Shown: positions 24,294-35,985, counted from the stretch's first letter. The stretch is DNA of 64,000 nucleotides from an uncultured Gammaproteobacteria bacterium (GCA_937898685.1 CALEJT010000028.1:55-64054); one strand, 5' to 3'. Notes: generated from the sequence alone by a model not told the origin. Numbers and translations: made by a program.

Positions 24294-24395
24294 GCTGAGT
24301 TCCAATTCAAAGGGTGGCTATTCTACCTCAGAGCTCGCTCTGACGCTGACCAACTGCGTGATGCAAGCACAGTTGGTTCCTCCCTGTGTCGGCGT

Positions 24396-24424
24396 CTTGC
24401 AATTGCGGTTTCCTTGCCCAATAT
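24396..24424 (+). promoter_or_regulatory. Sigma-32-like promoter about 300 nt upstream of ftsH
   Basis: CTTGCAA (24396-24402), a 14-nt spacer, then CCCAATAT (24417-24424). Compare the consensus CTTGAAA-N13-15-CCCCATnT. The E. coli rlmE-ftsH operon is heat-shock controlled. Confidence 0.45.
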
Positions 24425-24727
24425 CAGCATCTGGCATCGTCCGTGCGGGGCCTTTCGTGTCATCCAGGGATGGGATGCAGGCATTTAGGCTGGAGCGTGG
24501 CGCCCCGAATTGCCGCCAGGCGCTCCAACTGAGCTGAACTGCGTCACACGCCCGTCAGCCTAGGGTCTTCGCCGATAGGATCGGCGCGCTTTTCGTGCCA
24601 GAATGCGCAGGACTCTGCCTGCCGCGACCCTACGAGGCCGCTGCATGGCGTCCCCCGTTCGTTCGGCGGGGTGTCGTGCGACTATGTGGCAGCAAGACTG
24701 CCAGGTGAGGATAAGCACTTGAATGAC

Positions 24728-26647
24728 ATGGTAAAAAACCTGCTGTTATGGATGGTCATAGCCGCCGTGCTCCTGACTGTCTTCCAAAATTTCAGCCAGC
24801 CTTCGAATTCGAATGAGCTGATCTACTCCGATTTCATCCGTGAAGTGCAGGCAGGTCAGGTCAGCGAAGTGACCATCAGTGGCTGGAACATTACCGGCCG
24901 TAAGATCAACGGGCAGGTGTTTTCCACTTATCGTCCCTACATGGACGATCCCAAGTTGATGGACGACCTCCTCGCGCACAACGTACAGGTGCGCGCCAGC
25001 GAGCCCGAGCAGCAGAGCGTCTGGACGCAGTTGCTCGTCGCCAGCTTCCCCATCCTGATCATCATCGCCGTCTTCATGTTCTTCATGCGGCAGATGCAGG
25101 GCGGTGGTGTCGGCGGCAAGGGCGGGCCCATGGCTTTCGGTAAGAGCAAAGCCAAGATGCTCACGGAAGACCAGGTGAAGGTGACCTTCGCCGACGTGGC
25201 CGGGGTGGATGAAGCCAAAGAAGACGTCAAAGAGCTCGTAGATTTCCTGCGCGAACCCGATAAGTTCCAGCGCCTCGGGGGGCGCATCCCGCGTGGTGTG
25301 CTGATGGTGGGTCAGCCGGGTACCGGTAAGACCCTGCTCGCCAAGGCCATCGCCGGCGAAGCCAAGGTGCCTTTCTTCTCCATCTCCGGTTCCGACTTCG
25401 TCGAAATGTTCGTCGGTGTGGGTGCGTCGCGTGTCCGCGACATGTTCGATCAGGCCAAGAAGCAGTCGCCCTGCATCATCTTCATCGACGAGATCGATGC
25501 CGTGGGTCGTCACCGTGGCGCCGGCGTCGGCGGTGGTCATGACGAACGCGAACAGACCCTGAACCAGCTGCTGGTGGAGATGGATGGCTTCGAAGGCAAT
25601 GACGGGGTAATCGTGATCGCTGCCACCAACCGTCCGGACGTGCTCGATCCGGCGCTGCTGCGTCCCGGTCGTTTCGACCGTCAGGTAGTGGTCGGTCTGC
25701 CCGACATCCGCGGTCGTGAACAGATTCTGAAAGTGCACATGCGCAAGGTGCCGCTGTCCGAGGGGGTCAAAGAATCCGTCCTCGCTCGTGCGACGCCTGG
25801 CTTCTCCGGTGCCGACCTCGCCAACCTCGTGAACGAGGCTGCTCTCTTCGCGGCACGTGCCGGCAAGACACGCGTGACGATGGAGGAATTCGAGAAGGCC
25901 AAGGACAAGATCATGATGGGTGCCGAGCGCAAGACCATGGTCATGTCCGACAAAGAGAAGCTCAACACCGCCTACCACGAAGCCGGCCACGCCATCGTGG
26001 GCCTGCTGATGCCGGAACACGACCCCGTTTACAAGGTCAGCATCATTCCGCGCGGTCGCGCACTGGGTGTGACGATGTTCCTGCCCGAGGAAGATCGCTA
26101 CAGCCACAGCAAGCAGAGCATCCTCAGCAAGATCTGCAGCATGTACGGCGGCCGTATCGCCGAAGAGTTGACGCTGGGGCCGGACGGTGTGACCACTGGT
26201 GCGTCCAACGACATTCAGCGTGCCACGCAGATGGCGCAGAACATGGTCCGCAAGTGGGGCTTGTCCGAGCGTCTTGGTCCGCTGCAGTACGACGACGAAC
26301 AGGAAGAGCTGTTCCTCGGTCGTCCGGGCGGTGGCAGCAGCAAGGTGCTTTCCGCCGAGACGCAGCGCGCCATCGACGAGGAAGTGCGCGCCATCGTCGA
26401 CAGTTGCTACGCGCGCGCCAAGCAGATCCTGCTGGACAACCGCGACAAGCTGGAAGCCATGAAGGACGCTCTGCTCGAATACGAAACCATCGATGCCGAT
26501 CAGATCGCGGACATCATGGCTGGACGCAAACCACGTCCGCCGGCCGACTGGTATGACGATGACTATCGTTCCGGTCGTCCTGCCGTGGACAACGCTGGCC
26601 AGAGCGAAGCCAAGCCCTCCATCGGGGCTCCTGCCAGCGAACACTGA
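24728..26647 (+). CDS. ftsH: ATP-dependent zinc metalloprotease FtsH
   Basis: Two N-terminal TM segments, Walker A GQPGTGKT, the AAA+ SRH region and the HEAGHA zinc motif. ATG 24728 (MVKNLLLW) is preferred over the ORF-track start 24671. Confidence 0.98.
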   Translation: MVKNLLLWMVIAAVLLTVFQNFSQPSNSNELIYSDFIREVQAGQVSEVTISGWNITGRKINGQVFSTYRPYMDDPKLMDDLLAHNVQVRASEPEQQSVWTQLLVASFPILIIIAVFMFFMRQMQGGGVGGKGGPMAFGKSKAKMLTEDQVKVTFADVAGVDEAKEDVKELVDFLREPDKFQRLGGRIPRGVLMVGQPGTGKTLLAKAIAGEAKVPFFSISGSDFVEMFVGVGASRVRDMFDQAKKQSPCIIFIDEIDAVGRHRGAGVGGGHDEREQTLNQLLVEMDGFEGNDGVIVIAATNRPDVLDPALLRPGRFDRQVVVGLPDIRGREQILKVHMRKVPLSEGVKESVLARATPGFSGADLANLVNEAALFAARAGKTRVTMEEFEKAKDKIMMGAERKTMVMSDKEKLNTAYHEAGHAIVGLLMPEHDPVYKVSIIPRGRALGVTMFLPEEDRYSHSKQSILSKICSMYGGRIAEELTLGPDGVTTGASNDIQRATQMAQNMVRKWGLSERLGPLQYDDEQEELFLGRPGGGSSKVLSAETQRAIDEEVRAIVDSCYARAKQILLDNRDKLEAMKDALLEYETIDADQIADIMAGRKPRPPADWYDDDYRSGRPAVDNAGQSEAKPSIGAPASEH

Positions 26648-26664
26648 GGACTTTGGTAGTAACG

Positions 26665-26692
26665 AAAGGAGCTCTCAGGAGCTCCTTTTTTT
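26665..26692 (+). terminator. Rho-independent terminator after ftsH
   Basis: AAAGGAGCTC-tcag-GAGCTCCTTT followed by additional T residues, 18 nt after the ftsH stop. Confidence 0.85.
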
Positions 26693-26753
26693 ATTGAGTC
26701 TTTTCTTCTCGTGGCGCAGTCCTGCGCCGAACGTACTTTGAAGCAACCGCACG

Positions 26754-27623
26754 ATGAAAAACTCTCGCACGCACTTCGATTTTGCCGGTAAAAAGTTGCC
26801 GCTCGACGAACCCCAGGTAATGGGCATTCTCAACCTGACGACCGATTCCTTCTCCGATGGCGGTGAACTGCTCGATGGCGGCAAACCGCAATTGGACGCA
26901 ATACTGCAGCGTGCGGAAAGCATGGTGCTTGCAGGAGCCACGTTCCTCGACCTGGGCGGTGAATCGACTCGTCCTGGTGCTACCGGCGTTAGTGAGGCGG
27001 AAGAGCTGGACCGCGTATTACCGGTCCTCGAGGCGCTGAAGGCGCGCTTCGATGTGGTCATCTCGCTCGACACCAGTAGTCCTGCGCTCATGCGTGAAGG
27101 TGCGCGGCTTGGTGCGGGTTTGATCAACGATGTACGTTCCCTGAGTCGCGAAGGTGCGCTCGAAGCGGCGGTAGAAACCGGACTGCCTGTCTGTCTCATG
27201 CACATGCAGGGCGAGCCACGTACGATGCAGCAGGCGCCACACTACGAGGACGTGGTCAAAGAAGTAACCGACTATCTGCTCGAGCGCGCGCAGCAATGTG
27301 AAGCCGCCGGCATCGCGCGCGACAAGCTGCTGCTCGATCCCGGCTTCGGCTTTGGCAAGAATCTTCAGCACAACCTGACCCTTTTGCATTATCTGGAACG
27401 ACTGGTAGTAAGCGACTTCCCTTTGCTCATAGGGGTTTCCCGTAAACGCATGTTGGGGGAAATCACCGGCAAGAAAGAAAAAGACCGTATTTTTGCGGGT
27501 ATCGCGGCCGCGGTTATTGCCGTAAATAAGGGAGCGTGGATAATCCGGACGCACGACGTGGCAGCCACCGTCGATGCAGTAAAGGTCTGTCGCGAAGTGT
27601 CGCACGTGGGCTCGGCAGTCTGA
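26754..27623 (+). CDS. folP: Dihydropteroate synthase FolP
   Basis: 289 aa. [28 protein letters not shown] and [11 protein letters not shown]. Confidence 0.95.
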   Translation: MKNSRTHFDFAGKKLPLDEPQVMGILNLTTDSFSDGGELLDGGKPQLDAILQRAESMVLAGATFLDLGGESTRPGATGVSEAEELDRVLPVLEALKARFDVVISLDTSSPALMREGARLGAGLINDVRSLSREGALEAAVETGLPVCLMHMQGEPRTMQQAPHYEDVVKEVTDYLLERAQQCEAAGIARDKLLLDPGFGFGKNLQHNLTLLHYLERLVVSDFPLLIGVSRKRMLGEITGKKEKDRIFAGIAAAVIAVNKGAWIIRTHDVAATVDAVKVCREVSHVGSAV

Positions 27624-27661
27624 CAACGCCCACGCAGCGTGTGCACAGGGAGAAAAACAGC

Positions 27662-29002
27662 GTGAAAAAATACTTCGGTACAGACGGCATTCGCGGCACG
27701 GTCGGTGTCTACCCAATCACGCCTGATTTCGTGCTGAAATTGGGTTGGGCCACCGGCAAGGTCTTTGCGCAACAGGGTAAGTGCAAGGTCCTCATCGGCA
27801 AGGACACGCGTATTTCCGGCTACATGTTCGAAGCCGCGCTCGAAGCGGGTCTTGCTTCTGCCGGCGTCGACATCAACATGCTCGGCCCGATGCCCACGCC
27901 AGCCGTTGCCTATCTGACGAGCACCTTCGGTGCGCAGGCCGGCATCGTCATCAGCGCTTCGCACAATCCGCATCACGACAACGGCATCAAGTTCTTTTCT
28001 CCCAAGGGCACCAAGTTGCCCGATGAAGTCGAAGCCGCAATCGAAGCGGCGATGGATCAAGACTTCACCATCGTGCCGTCGGAACAGATCGGCAAGGTTT
28101 CGCGCATCGTGGATGCGGCCGGTCGCTACATCGAATTCTGCAAAAGCACCTATAAACACGGCGAAAAGCTCAAGGGTTTGAAGATCGTGCTCGACTGCGC
28201 GCACGGCGCCACCTATCACATTGCGCCGAGCGTGTTCACCGAACTTGGCGCGCAGGTGAGTGTGATCGGCAATCAACCGAACGGTCTCAACATCAACGAG
28301 CAGTGTGGCTCCACGCATCCAGCGCGTCTGAAGCAGGAAGTGCTGCGCATGCAGGCCGACCTCGGCATCGCCTTCGATGGTGATGGCGATCGCGTGATCA
28401 TGGTCGATCACACGGGTGCCGAAGTGGACGGCGACGAGTTGCTCTACATCATCGCGCGCTACAAGCTCATGCGCGGCGACATCACGAGCGGCGTGGTCGG
28501 CACCCAGATGAGCAATCTGGGTCTCGAGCAAGCGCTTGCGAGTGCAGGTATTCCCTTCGTGCGCAGCAAGGTGGGTGACCGCTACGTCATGGCTGAGCTC
28601 TTGAATCGCGGCTGGTACTACGGTGGTGAATCGTCCGGGCACCTGATCTGTCTCGACGCGACGAGCACCGGCGACGGCATCGTCGCTGCTTTGCAGGTGT
28701 TGGCTGCCCTGATGGAATCCGGACGCACGCTGCACGAGCTGAAGCAGGGTATGAGCAAGTTCCCGCAGAAGATGATCAACGTAAAAGTCGCCGATCGCGA
28801 CAAGCTCAAGAACAATCCGCGCATTGCCGAGCTGGTACAGGAGGCAGAGACCCAGCTCAACGGCAAGGGTCGCGTACTGTTGCGTCCCTCGGGCACCGAG
28901 CCCGTCATTCGTGTGATGGTCGAAGGTCAGGATGCGGTACTCGTCGGTAAGATCGCTCAACACCTCTCCGAGGCGGTCGCGGCCGCCGGCGCTGCTGCCT
29001 GA
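27662..29002 (+). CDS. glmM: Phosphoglucosamine mutase GlmM
   Basis: (V)[11 protein letters not shown] at GTG 27662, in frame with the ORF-track start 27536. Active-site ISASHNP and GDGDR are present. Confidence 0.95.
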   Translation: MKKYFGTDGIRGTVGVYPITPDFVLKLGWATGKVFAQQGKCKVLIGKDTRISGYMFEAALEAGLASAGVDINMLGPMPTPAVAYLTSTFGAQAGIVISASHNPHHDNGIKFFSPKGTKLPDEVEAAIEAAMDQDFTIVPSEQIGKVSRIVDAAGRYIEFCKSTYKHGEKLKGLKIVLDCAHGATYHIAPSVFTELGAQVSVIGNQPNGLNINEQCGSTHPARLKQEVLRMQADLGIAFDGDGDRVIMVDHTGAEVDGDELLYIIARYKLMRGDITSGVVGTQMSNLGLEQALASAGIPFVRSKVGDRYVMAELLNRGWYYGGESSGHLICLDATSTGDGIVAALQVLAALMESGRTLHELKQGMSKFPQKMINVKVADRDKLKNNPRIAELVQEAETQLNGKGRVLLRPSGTEPVIRVMVEGQDAVLVGKIAQHLSEAVAAAGAAA

Positions 29003-29040
29003 GGCGGCGGCTCGCTAACCGCCAAGCGTTGCTTGCACCA

Positions 29041-29072
29041 GGCAAAGTCGTTAGACTTGCCAGCCTTTTTTT
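29041..29072 (+). terminator. Terminator-like hairpin plus T7 run after glmM
   Basis: GGCAAAGTC-gtta-GACTTGCC (one bulged A), then AGCC and TTTTTTT (29066-29072). It lies inside the 5' extension of the tpiA ORF-track call, which argues against that extension. Confidence 0.5.
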
Positions 29073-29089
29073 GGGACGGACGGGACTCG

Positions 29090-29863
29090 GTGGCAGAGAG
29101 ATACCTGGTAGCAGCCAACTGGAAGATGAACGGCAGCAAGGCGCAAGCCGTTGCACTTACCACAGAGTTGCTGCAAGCGGGTATTGATTCGCTTGCAATC
29201 GACATTGCAATTTGCCCGCCCAGCCCCTATTTGACCGTGGTTGCGCAGCAGCTGGCGTCGAGGTCGGTGAGCCTGGGGGCTCAGAACCTTCACGCAGAGG
29301 ACAGCGGAGCCTATACCGGTGAAGTGTCGGGTGCGATGCTGAGCGATCTCGGTTGTCACTACGTCATCGTCGGGCATTCGGAACGCCGCGGTATGTGTGG
29401 CGAAACCGATGCGATGGTGGCGGACAAGGTCCTCGCCGCGCAGCGCAACGGCCTCATCCCCATCGTGTGTGTGGGTGAAAGCGCCGAAGAGCGCGCCAGT
29501 GCGCGTTGGCGAGAGGTGATCGAGCGGCAGCTGGCGAGCATCGTGGCTTGCGGTGCCTTCGGTCGCGGCGAGTTGGTCATCGCCTATGAGCCCATTTGGG
29601 CCATCGGCACCGGCAACACGGCGAGTCCGGAGCAGGCGCAGGAAGTGCATGCGGCGATCCGAGAATATCTGGCGCAGGCTGGTGTGGAAAACAGCGGTGC
29701 CGTGCGCTTGCTCTATGGTGGCAGCGTGAATGCAGGCAACGCTCAGGCGTTGTTCGCAATGCAGGACATCGATGGCGCGCTCGTGGGCGGCGCCTCGTTG
29801 AAGGCGGTGGAGTTTGCCAATATCTGCCGCGCCGCGAGTGAAGCGGCAAGCAGTTGCAGTTGA
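29090..29863 (+). CDS. tpiA: Triosephosphate isomerase TpiA
   Basis: LVAANWKMNG near the N-terminus, GHSERR and AYEPIWAIGTG. GTG 29090 is chosen by homologue length. The ORF track starts at TTG 29033. Confidence 0.92.
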   Translation: MAERYLVAANWKMNGSKAQAVALTTELLQAGIDSLAIDIAICPPSPYLTVVAQQLASRSVSLGAQNLHAEDSGAYTGEVSGAMLSDLGCHYVIVGHSERRGMCGETDAMVADKVLAAQRNGLIPIVCVGESAEERASARWREVIERQLASIVACGAFGRGELVIAYEPIWAIGTGNTASPEQAQEVHAAIREYLAQAGVENSGAVRLLYGGSVNAGNAQALFAMQDIDGALVGGASLKAVEFANICRAASEAASSCS

Positions 29864-29940
29864 AAGGTTGAAGCGCGCTGTGCGGCTGGTTCAAGCGCCG
29901 CTGGCGTAACGAGTCGAACACAGAGTCGCGACATAACATC

Positions 29941-30384
29941 ATGGAATTTTTCATCATCATCGTGCACGTGCTGGCTGCGCTGGGAATCGTCGGTCTCGTA
30001 CTGATGCAGCAAGGCAAGGGTGCCGACATGGGCGCTGCTTTCGGTAGCGGTGCCTCGCAAACGATTTTTGGCAGCGTGGGTAGTGGCAACGTTCTTACGA
30101 AATCCACCACCTGGCTGGCCGTAGTGTTCTTTGCAACCAGTCTCGGACTGGCGCTGATTGCACGCCAGCGTGCTGATCAGGGCATTTCCGATAGCTCCCT
30201 GATCCAAGACGTCGAGCAGTTGCAGAGCATCATTCAGCAGAACGCACCTGCTGATGGCGATGTGCCCGGTGCCGTGAATGCGGCGCCTGCTCCTGCTGTG
30301 GAAAATGTCGAACAAGCGGCGCCCGAATCTGCATCAGAAAATGATGCAGAAACGGAAAATGCTCTTGAGTCGACGCAGCAGTAA
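29941..30384 (+). CDS. secG: Preprotein translocase subunit SecG
   Basis: IIIVHVLAALGIVGLVLMQQGKGADMGAAFGSGASQTIFGS is typical of SecG. The C-terminal tail is acidic and Ala/Pro-rich. Confidence 0.93.
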   Translation: MEFFIIIVHVLAALGIVGLVLMQQGKGADMGAAFGSGASQTIFGSVGSGNVLTKSTTWLAVVFFATSLGLALIARQRADQGISDSSLIQDVEQLQSIIQQNAPADGDVPGAVNAAPAPAVENVEQAAPESASENDAETENALESTQQ

Positions 30385-30406
30385 TCGCATAATCGCCGGC
30401 CCCATT

Positions 30407-30491
30407 GCCCAAGTGGTGAAATTGGTAGACACGCTATCTTGAGGGGGTAGTGACTTCGGTCATGCCGGTTCAAATCCGGCCTTGGGCACCA
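30407..30491 (+). tRNA. leuU: tRNA-Leu (anticodon GAG), class II with long variable arm
   Basis: 85 nt. Acceptor GCCCAAG/CTTGGGC, anticodon loop TTGAGGG, variable arm TGAC-ttcg-GTCA, T-arm GCCGG-TTCAAAT-CCGGC and encoded CCA. It is near-identical in layout to E. coli leuU, which also follows secG. Confidence 0.95.
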
Positions 30492-30523
30492 ATTACTAAC
30501 TTCATGATCCGGTGATCATGAGG

Positions 30524-30552
30524 TTGACTGAGAAGGGCGAGATTCTTACAAT
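30524..30552 (+). promoter_or_regulatory. Sigma-70 promoter for the tRNA-fMet-rimP-nusA-infB operon
   Basis: TTGACT (30524-30529), a 17-nt spacer, then TACAAT (30547-30552). It lies about 40 nt before the tRNA-fMet 5' end. An 8-bp hairpin (30502-30521) sits just upstream. Confidence 0.7.
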
Positions 30553-30593
30553 GTCCGCCCTCTCGAAACAGAGAGTAGTACTGACGGAATTGT

Positions 30594-30670
<77 letters not shown>

Positions 30671-30742
30671 ATTCGGATCGTGATCTTCCGATCCCTCTCA
30701 GTAGACAAGGAATCGGGCTCAGTGCCAGATTCAGCCGTACTG

Positions 30743-30766
30743 GAAAGCCCCTTCAAGGGGCTTTTT
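30743..30766 (+). terminator. Rho-independent terminator/attenuator between tRNA-fMet and rimP
   Basis: AAAGCCCC-ttca-AGGGGCTTT followed by TTTCATT. Its position is analogous to the attenuators in the E. coli metY-rimP leader. Confidence 0.75.
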
Positions 30767-30890
30767 CATTCGTAGGCAAAATATACGGATGAGCCGACGG
30801 CGCCACTAGAAGATGATGTGTGATCGTTTCCTTCGCGGTGTATGCACCAGTTCACCGCAGCAGTTCGGTCACGAGAACAAGTAGTAACTG

Positions 30891-30914
30891 AAGTGGGCCT
30901 GGTGCCCATTTTTT
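30891..30914 (+). terminator. Second, weaker terminator-like hairpin immediately upstream of rimP
   Basis: TGGGC-ctggt-GCCCA followed by TTTTTT (30909-30914). It lies 15 nt before the rimP ATG, next to the GGAG Shine-Dalgarno. Confidence 0.4.
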
Positions 30915-30929
30915 ATTTGTGGAGCACGC

Positions 30930-31394
30930 ATGAGCGCGCGCGTGGAACAGATTCAAGCCATGGTGGAGCCGGTGCTCGGCGCGCTGGGTTTGCAACTGTG
31001 GGGCATCGAATACCTCGGCCAGGGCCGCCACACGCTGCTGCGTGTCTACATCGACAAGCCAGATGGCGTCGACATCGAAGACTGCGCCGAAGCAAGTCGG
31101 CAAATCAGCGGTATTTTGGATGTCGAAGATCCGATCAAGACGGAGTACACGCTGGAAGTGTCCTCGCCGGGCATCGAGCGTTTGCTGTTCACGCTCGAGC
31201 AATACCGCCAGTACCTCGGAACCGAAATCAAAGTGCGTTTACGGCAGAACTTTGAAGGCCGCCGCAACTACGGCGGTGTGCTGGTGGAAGTCGCCGACGA
31301 TGAAATCAGCATCGTAAAGGGTGAAGACAAACTGAGCTTCCCGCTGGAACTGATCGAGCGGGCAAACGTGGTTTACACATATAAGGACGAGTAA
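30930..31394 (+). CDS. rimP: Ribosome maturation factor RimP
   Basis: 154 aa. LLRVYIDKPDGVDIEDCAEASRQISGILDVEDPI...YTLEVSSPGIERLL. Confidence 0.93.
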   Translation: MSARVEQIQAMVEPVLGALGLQLWGIEYLGQGRHTLLRVYIDKPDGVDIEDCAEASRQISGILDVEDPIKTEYTLEVSSPGIERLLFTLEQYRQYLGTEIKVRLRQNFEGRRNYGGVLVEVADDEISIVKGEDKLSFPLELIERANVVYTYKDE

Positions 31395-31444
31395 GGACGA
31401 GCCCGGTCCACGGACATAGTCATACATTCATTGGGTGACAAGTT

Positions 31445-32935
31445 ATGAACAACAAAGAGATCCTGCTGGTAGCAGATGCGGTTTCCAACGAAAAGGGCGT
31501 ATCGCGTGAAGTGATCTTCAAGGCGATCGAATCCGCGTTGGCTTCGGCGACGAAGAAGCGTTACGTCGACGAGGAAATCGACTGCGAAGTCATCATCGAC
31601 CGTGCCACGGGCAACTACGAGACCTATCGTATCTGGACCGTAGTGGGCGATGATGAGCTGGCCTTGCTGGGTTCGCAGTTCACCCTCGAAGAAGCGCACG
31701 AAAAGGATCCCAACCTGAAACCGGGCGATGTTTATCGCGAAAAAATCGAGAACGTCGAATTCGGTCGTATCGCAGCTCAGACCGCCAAGCAGGTCATCGT
31801 GCAGAAAGTGCGCGAAGCAGAGCGTGAACTCGTCGTCGCCGAATACGCCAGCAAGGTGGGCAAACTGGTATCGGGCACCGTCAAGAAGGTCACCCGCGAC
31901 AATGTGATCGTGGATTTCGGCAATAACGCCGAGGGTCTCTTGCCGCGCGAAAATCTCATCCCGCGCGAAACCTTCCGCATCAACGATCGTATCCGTGCTC
32001 TGTTGGTGGAAGTGCGCAGCGAAATGCGTGGTCCTCAGCTGCTCTTGAGCCGCACCAGCCCGCAGATGCTGATCGAGTTGTTCAAGATCGAAGTGCCGGA
32101 AATCGCCGAAGAAATCATCGAGATCAAGGCTGCTGCCCGTGATCCCGGTTCGCGCGCGAAGATCGCCGTGAAGACCAATGACAAGCGCATCGATCCCGTT
32201 GGTGCCTGCGTGGGCATGCGTGGTTCGCGTGTGCAGGTGGTTTCGAGCGAGCTCGCCAATGAGCGCATCGACATCGTGCTGTGGGATGAAAACCCCGCAC
32301 AGTTCGTCATCAATGCGATGGCACCGGCGGAAATCGCCTCCATCGTGGTCGATGAAGACACGCACACCATGGACGTGGCGGTGGCAGAAGAAAACCTGGC
32401 ACAGGCCATCGGGCGCAACGGTCAGAACGTCCGCCTGAGCAGCGAGCTCACCGGCTGGACCATCAACGTGATGAGCGAAGAGAAGGCCGCGGACAAGCAG
32501 CAGAAAGAAGCCGCGACCATCATCCAGACCTTCATGGAAGCGCTCGACGTGGATGAGGAAGTGGCCGAGATCCTGGCACAGGAAGGCTTCACCTCGATCG
32601 AGGAAATCGCCTATGTGCCGCTGGAAGAAATCGCCAGCATTCAGGATTTCGATGAAGAAATCGCCAACGAGTTGCGCAACCGTGCCAAGGATGCACTGCT
32701 CACCAAGGCGATTGCTTCCGAAGAAAGCATCAGCAAGGCAGGCATCGCCGATGATCTGCTCAACATGGAAGGCATGACCAACGACATCGCCCTCGCGCTG
32801 TCGAAGCTCGGCATCCTCACCATGGAAGATCTGGCGGAACAAGCTATTGACGATCTGTTGGAAATCGAAGGGATGGATGAAGAGAAAGCCGGCCAGCTCA
32901 TCATGGCCGCACGCGCGCCATGGTTCAGCGAGTAA
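31445..32935 (+). CDS. nusA: Transcription termination/antitermination factor NusA
   Basis: 496 aa. [19 protein letters not shown]1 and KH domains ([12 protein letters not shown]) and C-terminal acidic repeats. Confidence 0.98.
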   Translation: MNNKEILLVADAVSNEKGVSREVIFKAIESALASATKKRYVDEEIDCEVIIDRATGNYETYRIWTVVGDDELALLGSQFTLEEAHEKDPNLKPGDVYREKIENVEFGRIAAQTAKQVIVQKVREAERELVVAEYASKVGKLVSGTVKKVTRDNVIVDFGNNAEGLLPRENLIPRETFRINDRIRALLVEVRSEMRGPQLLLSRTSPQMLIELFKIEVPEIAEEIIEIKAAARDPGSRAKIAVKTNDKRIDPVGACVGMRGSRVQVVSSELANERIDIVLWDENPAQFVINAMAPAEIASIVVDEDTHTMDVAVAEENLAQAIGRNGQNVRLSSELTGWTINVMSEEKAADKQQKEAATIIQTFMEALDVDEEVAEILAQEGFTSIEEIAYVPLEEIASIQDFDEEIANELRNRAKDALLTKAIASEESISKAGIADDLLNMEGMTNDIALALSKLGILTMEDLAEQAIDDLLEIEGMDEEKAGQLIMAARAPWFSE

Positions 32936-32989
32936 GCCTGTAACAAGGGCTTCACGTGGCGCAAAGAGAATCCATCCGGGGAGTAGGGT

Positions 32990-35533
32990 ATGGCAGAACT
33001 GAGTATCAAAGACCTGGCCAGAATGGTGGGCGTGCCGACCGAGCGTTTGCTCGATCAGGTGCGCGAGGCCGGTTTGCCTCAGCGTAATGCTGAAGACATC
33101 ATCAGCAATGAGCAGCGCGCCGCGCTGCTGTCCTTCCTCAAGAGTCGCCACGGCGATACGTCGGGGGGAGACACCGCTCCCAAGCGCATCACGCTGAAGA
33201 AGAAAACCGTCGAAACACTGCGCACCTCCGACAATCAAGGTCGCAGCAAGTCCATCAGTGTCGAAGTGCGCAAGAAGCGCACCTACATCAAGCGCAGCGT
33301 AGAGGAAGCTCAGAAAGAAGCTGCCGAACGCGAGCGTCTGAAAGCCGAACAGGCCGCACAGGAAGAGAAAGAGCGTCTGGAGCGTGAAGCAGCCGAGAAA
33401 GCCGCTGCCGAAGCCGCTGCTGCTGCGAAGAGCCAGGCTGAGAAAGAGCGCAAACCTGCGCAGGACGCCAAGCCTGCTCCTGCGCCTGCCAAGCCTGAGA
33501 CCAAGACCGACAAAACCGAAGCCAAGCCGGACGCCAAGAAAGGTACTCTGCGCAAAGAAGGTCGTGACGAAGAAGAGGCCGAAGCGCGCAATGCCAAGAA
33601 AGGTTTCCGTGGCAAGGAGCAGCCGGTCAAAGACACTGCCAGCATCAAGAAGCTGGCGCGTACGCGGACGCCGGACGACTTCATCCTCGATGAGGACGAC
33701 GAAGGCGGCGCGCGTCGCAAGGCCCGCAAGAAAATGGGCCAGCGCAATCAGCACCAGTTCGAGAAGCCGACCGAATTCATTGCGCGCGAGATCCAGGTAC
33801 CCGAAGCCATTACGGTTTCCGAGCTGGCTCAGCGCATGTCGCTCAAGGCTGCCGAGCTGATCAAGACCCTGATGAAGATGGGCGTCATGGCCACGCTCAA
33901 CCAGGTACTCGACCAGGACACTTCAGTGCTGCTGGTCGAAGAACTCGGGCACAAGGCCAAGCCCATTTCCGATACAGCCATCGAGGACGATCTGGTGGAT
34001 TCCATCAAGTACGAAGGCGAGGAATTACCGCGTCCGCCGGTGGTCACAGTCATGGGTCACGTCGACCACGGCAAGACCTCGTTGCTGGACTACATCCGTA
34101 AGTCCTCCGTTACCCAGGGTGAGGCCGGTGGCATCACACAGCACATCGGCGCCTATCACGTAGAAACGCCGAAGGGAGTGATCAGCTTCCTCGACACGCC
34201 TGGCCACGCCGCATTCAGCGCAATGCGTTCGCGCGGTGCCAAGGCCACCGACATCGTGATCCTGGTCGTGGCAGCCGATGACGGCGTCATGCCGCAGACG
34301 ATCGAAGCCATTCAGCACGCTCGTGCTGCCAACGTGCCAATCGTGGTTGCGGTGAACAAGATCGACAAACCGTCTGCCGATCCCGAACGCGTACGCAGCG
34401 AACTGTCCCAGCACGGCCTGATTTCCGAGGCCTGGGGCGGTGACACCCAGTTCGTGGAAGTGTCCGCTCATACCGGTCAGGGCATCGATGAACTGCTCGA
34501 AGCCGTACTGCTACAGGCGGAAGTGATGGAACTGCGCGCCGTGGTGGACTGCCCGGCGAAAGGCGTGGTGATCGAATCGCGTCTCGACAAGGGGCGTGGC
34601 TCCGTGGCCACCGTGCTGGTGAAACACGGCACGCTGAAGCAGGGCGATATTGTACTGGCTGGTCATGAATATGGTCGCGTCCGTGCCATGATCGACGAGA
34701 ATGGTCGCCAGGTGAATTCCGCAGGTCCGTCCATTCCGGTGGAGATCCTCGGTCTGAACGGCACGCCCGAAGCCGGTGATGAATTCATCGTGGTGGAAAG
34801 CGAGAAGAAAGCACGCGAAGTGGCTGAATTCCGCATGCACCGCTACCGCGAAAGTCAGCTCGCCAAACAACAGGCAGCGAAGACCGAAAGCATGTTCGCC
34901 ACCATGGGCAAGGACAACAAGAAAGTCCTCAATGTGGTACTCAAGGCTGATGTGCGCGGCTCGCTCGAGGCCATCATGGCGGCGCTGCAGGGTCTCGGCA
35001 ACGACGAGGTGGCAGTCAACATCGTCGGTTATGGTGTCGGTGGCATCTCCGAAACCGACGTGCAGCTGGCTGAAACTTCGAAGGCCACGATCATTGGTTT
35101 CAACGTGCGTGCCGACAAGGCTGCCAAGACCTTGATCGAAACCACCGGTCTGCAACTGCGCTACTACAGCATCATCTACAACCTGATCGATGACGTGAAG
35201 GCAGTGCTCGGCGGCATGCTGGCACCGGAACTGCGCGAAGAAATCGTGGGTGTGGCGGAAGTGCGCGGCGTATTCAACTCGCCGAAGTACGGCGCCATCG
35301 CCGGCAGCATGGTGGTGGAAGGCACGATCTATCGCAACAAGCCGATCCGTGTATTGCGCGACAACGTCGTGATCTTCGAAGGCGAACTCGAATCGCTGCG
35401 TCGTTACAAGGACGAAGCCACCGAAGTGCGCATGGGCATGGAATGTGGTATCGGTGTGAAGAACTACAACGACGTCCGCATCGGCGACAAGATCGAAGTC
35501 TACAACCGCACCGAAGTAGCGCGGACGCTGTAA
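32990..35533 (+). CDS. infB: Translation initiation factor IF-2
   Basis: 847 aa. Lys/Ala/Glu-rich N-terminal region, G-domain [17 protein letters not shown] and NKID. Confidence 0.98.
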   Translation: MAELSIKDLARMVGVPTERLLDQVREAGLPQRNAEDIISNEQRAALLSFLKSRHGDTSGGDTAPKRITLKKKTVETLRTSDNQGRSKSISVEVRKKRTYIKRSVEEAQKEAAERERLKAEQAAQEEKERLEREAAEKAAAEAAAAAKSQAEKERKPAQDAKPAPAPAKPETKTDKTEAKPDAKKGTLRKEGRDEEEAEARNAKKGFRGKEQPVKDTASIKKLARTRTPDDFILDEDDEGGARRKARKKMGQRNQHQFEKPTEFIAREIQVPEAITVSELAQRMSLKAAELIKTLMKMGVMATLNQVLDQDTSVLLVEELGHKAKPISDTAIEDDLVDSIKYEGEELPRPPVVTVMGHVDHGKTSLLDYIRKSSVTQGEAGGITQHIGAYHVETPKGVISFLDTPGHAAFSAMRSRGAKATDIVILVVAADDGVMPQTIEAIQHARAANVPIVVAVNKIDKPSADPERVRSELSQHGLISEAWGGDTQFVEVSAHTGQGIDELLEAVLLQAEVMELRAVVDCPAKGVVIESRLDKGRGSVATVLVKHGTLKQGDIVLAGHEYGRVRAMIDENGRQVNSAGPSIPVEILGLNGTPEAGDEFIVVESEKKAREVAEFRMHRYRESQLAKQQAAKTESMFATMGKDNKKVLNVVLKADVRGSLEAIMAALQGLGNDEVAVNIVGYGVGGISETDVQLAETSKATIIGFNVRADKAAKTLIETTGLQLRYYSIIYNLIDDVKAVLGGMLAPELREEIVGVAEVRGVFNSPKYGAIAGSMVVEGTIYRNKPIRVLRDNVVIFEGELESLRRYKDEATEVRMGMECGIGVKNYNDVRIGDKIEVYNRTEVARTL

Positions 35534-35548
35534 GTCCGCAGAGGCGAC

Positions 35549-35950
35549 ATGCCAAGGCCGTCAAACAGACTGGACCGCATAGCCGACCAGCTCCAGCAGG
35601 AGCTGGCCGTGCTGATCCGCGATGAGCTGCGCGATCCGCGCGTCGGCATGGTGTCGATCGTGGGTGCAAAGGTGAGCCGCGATCTGGCCCATGCGGTCAT
35701 TTATTTCACGGTGATGAACGCTGACATCGCGGAAGTCGAGGAAGTGCTCAACAAGGCCAGTGGCTATCTGCGCACACTGCTTGCCAAGCGCCTCAACCTG
35801 CGCACCACGCCCAAACTGCGTTTCACCTACGACGAAAGCATCGAACGGGGCCGCTCGCTGTCGGCCTTGATCGACAAGGCCATCGCGCTCGATTCCGCCC
35901 GCGAGGAATCCGAAGACGAAGGCTCTACCGATGATGACGTGGAACGCTGA
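35549..35950 (+). CDS. rbfA: Ribosome-binding factor RbfA
   Basis: 133 aa. RIADQLQQELAVLIRDELRDPRVGMVSI and TPKLRFTYDES. Confidence 0.93.
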   Translation: MPRPSNRLDRIADQLQQELAVLIRDELRDPRVGMVSIVGAKVSRDLAHAVIYFTVMNADIAEVEEVLNKASGYLRTLLAKRLNLRTTPKLRFTYDESIERGRSLSALIDKAIALDSAREESEDEGSTDDDVER

Positions 35951-35985
35951 GTCAGGTTCGCGTTCTTCCTCCCCATAGCACGACC

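Noticed and set aside
24495-24545. tRNA-like fragment on the minus strand (AGCTCAGTTGGAGCGCCTGGC resembles a D-arm/anticodon-stem junction)
   Set aside because: No acceptor stem, anticodon loop or TTCGAAT-type T-arm can be built around it. At best it is a decayed remnant, and it is not supportable as a gene.
29033-29089. 5' extension of tpiA in the ORF track (TTG 29033); similarly the 61358-61579 extension of yaeQ and the 59253-59357 extension of barrel copy B
   Set aside because: The extensions add residues absent from homologues. They also run through a terminator-like hairpin (tpiA) or through the upstream gene's coding or stop region. Downstream starts with better context were chosen.
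33300-33760. Low-complexity Lys/Ala/Glu-rich coding repeats
   Set aside because: This is the normal, poorly conserved N-terminal region of IF-2 (infB). The frame is continuous with the G-domain.
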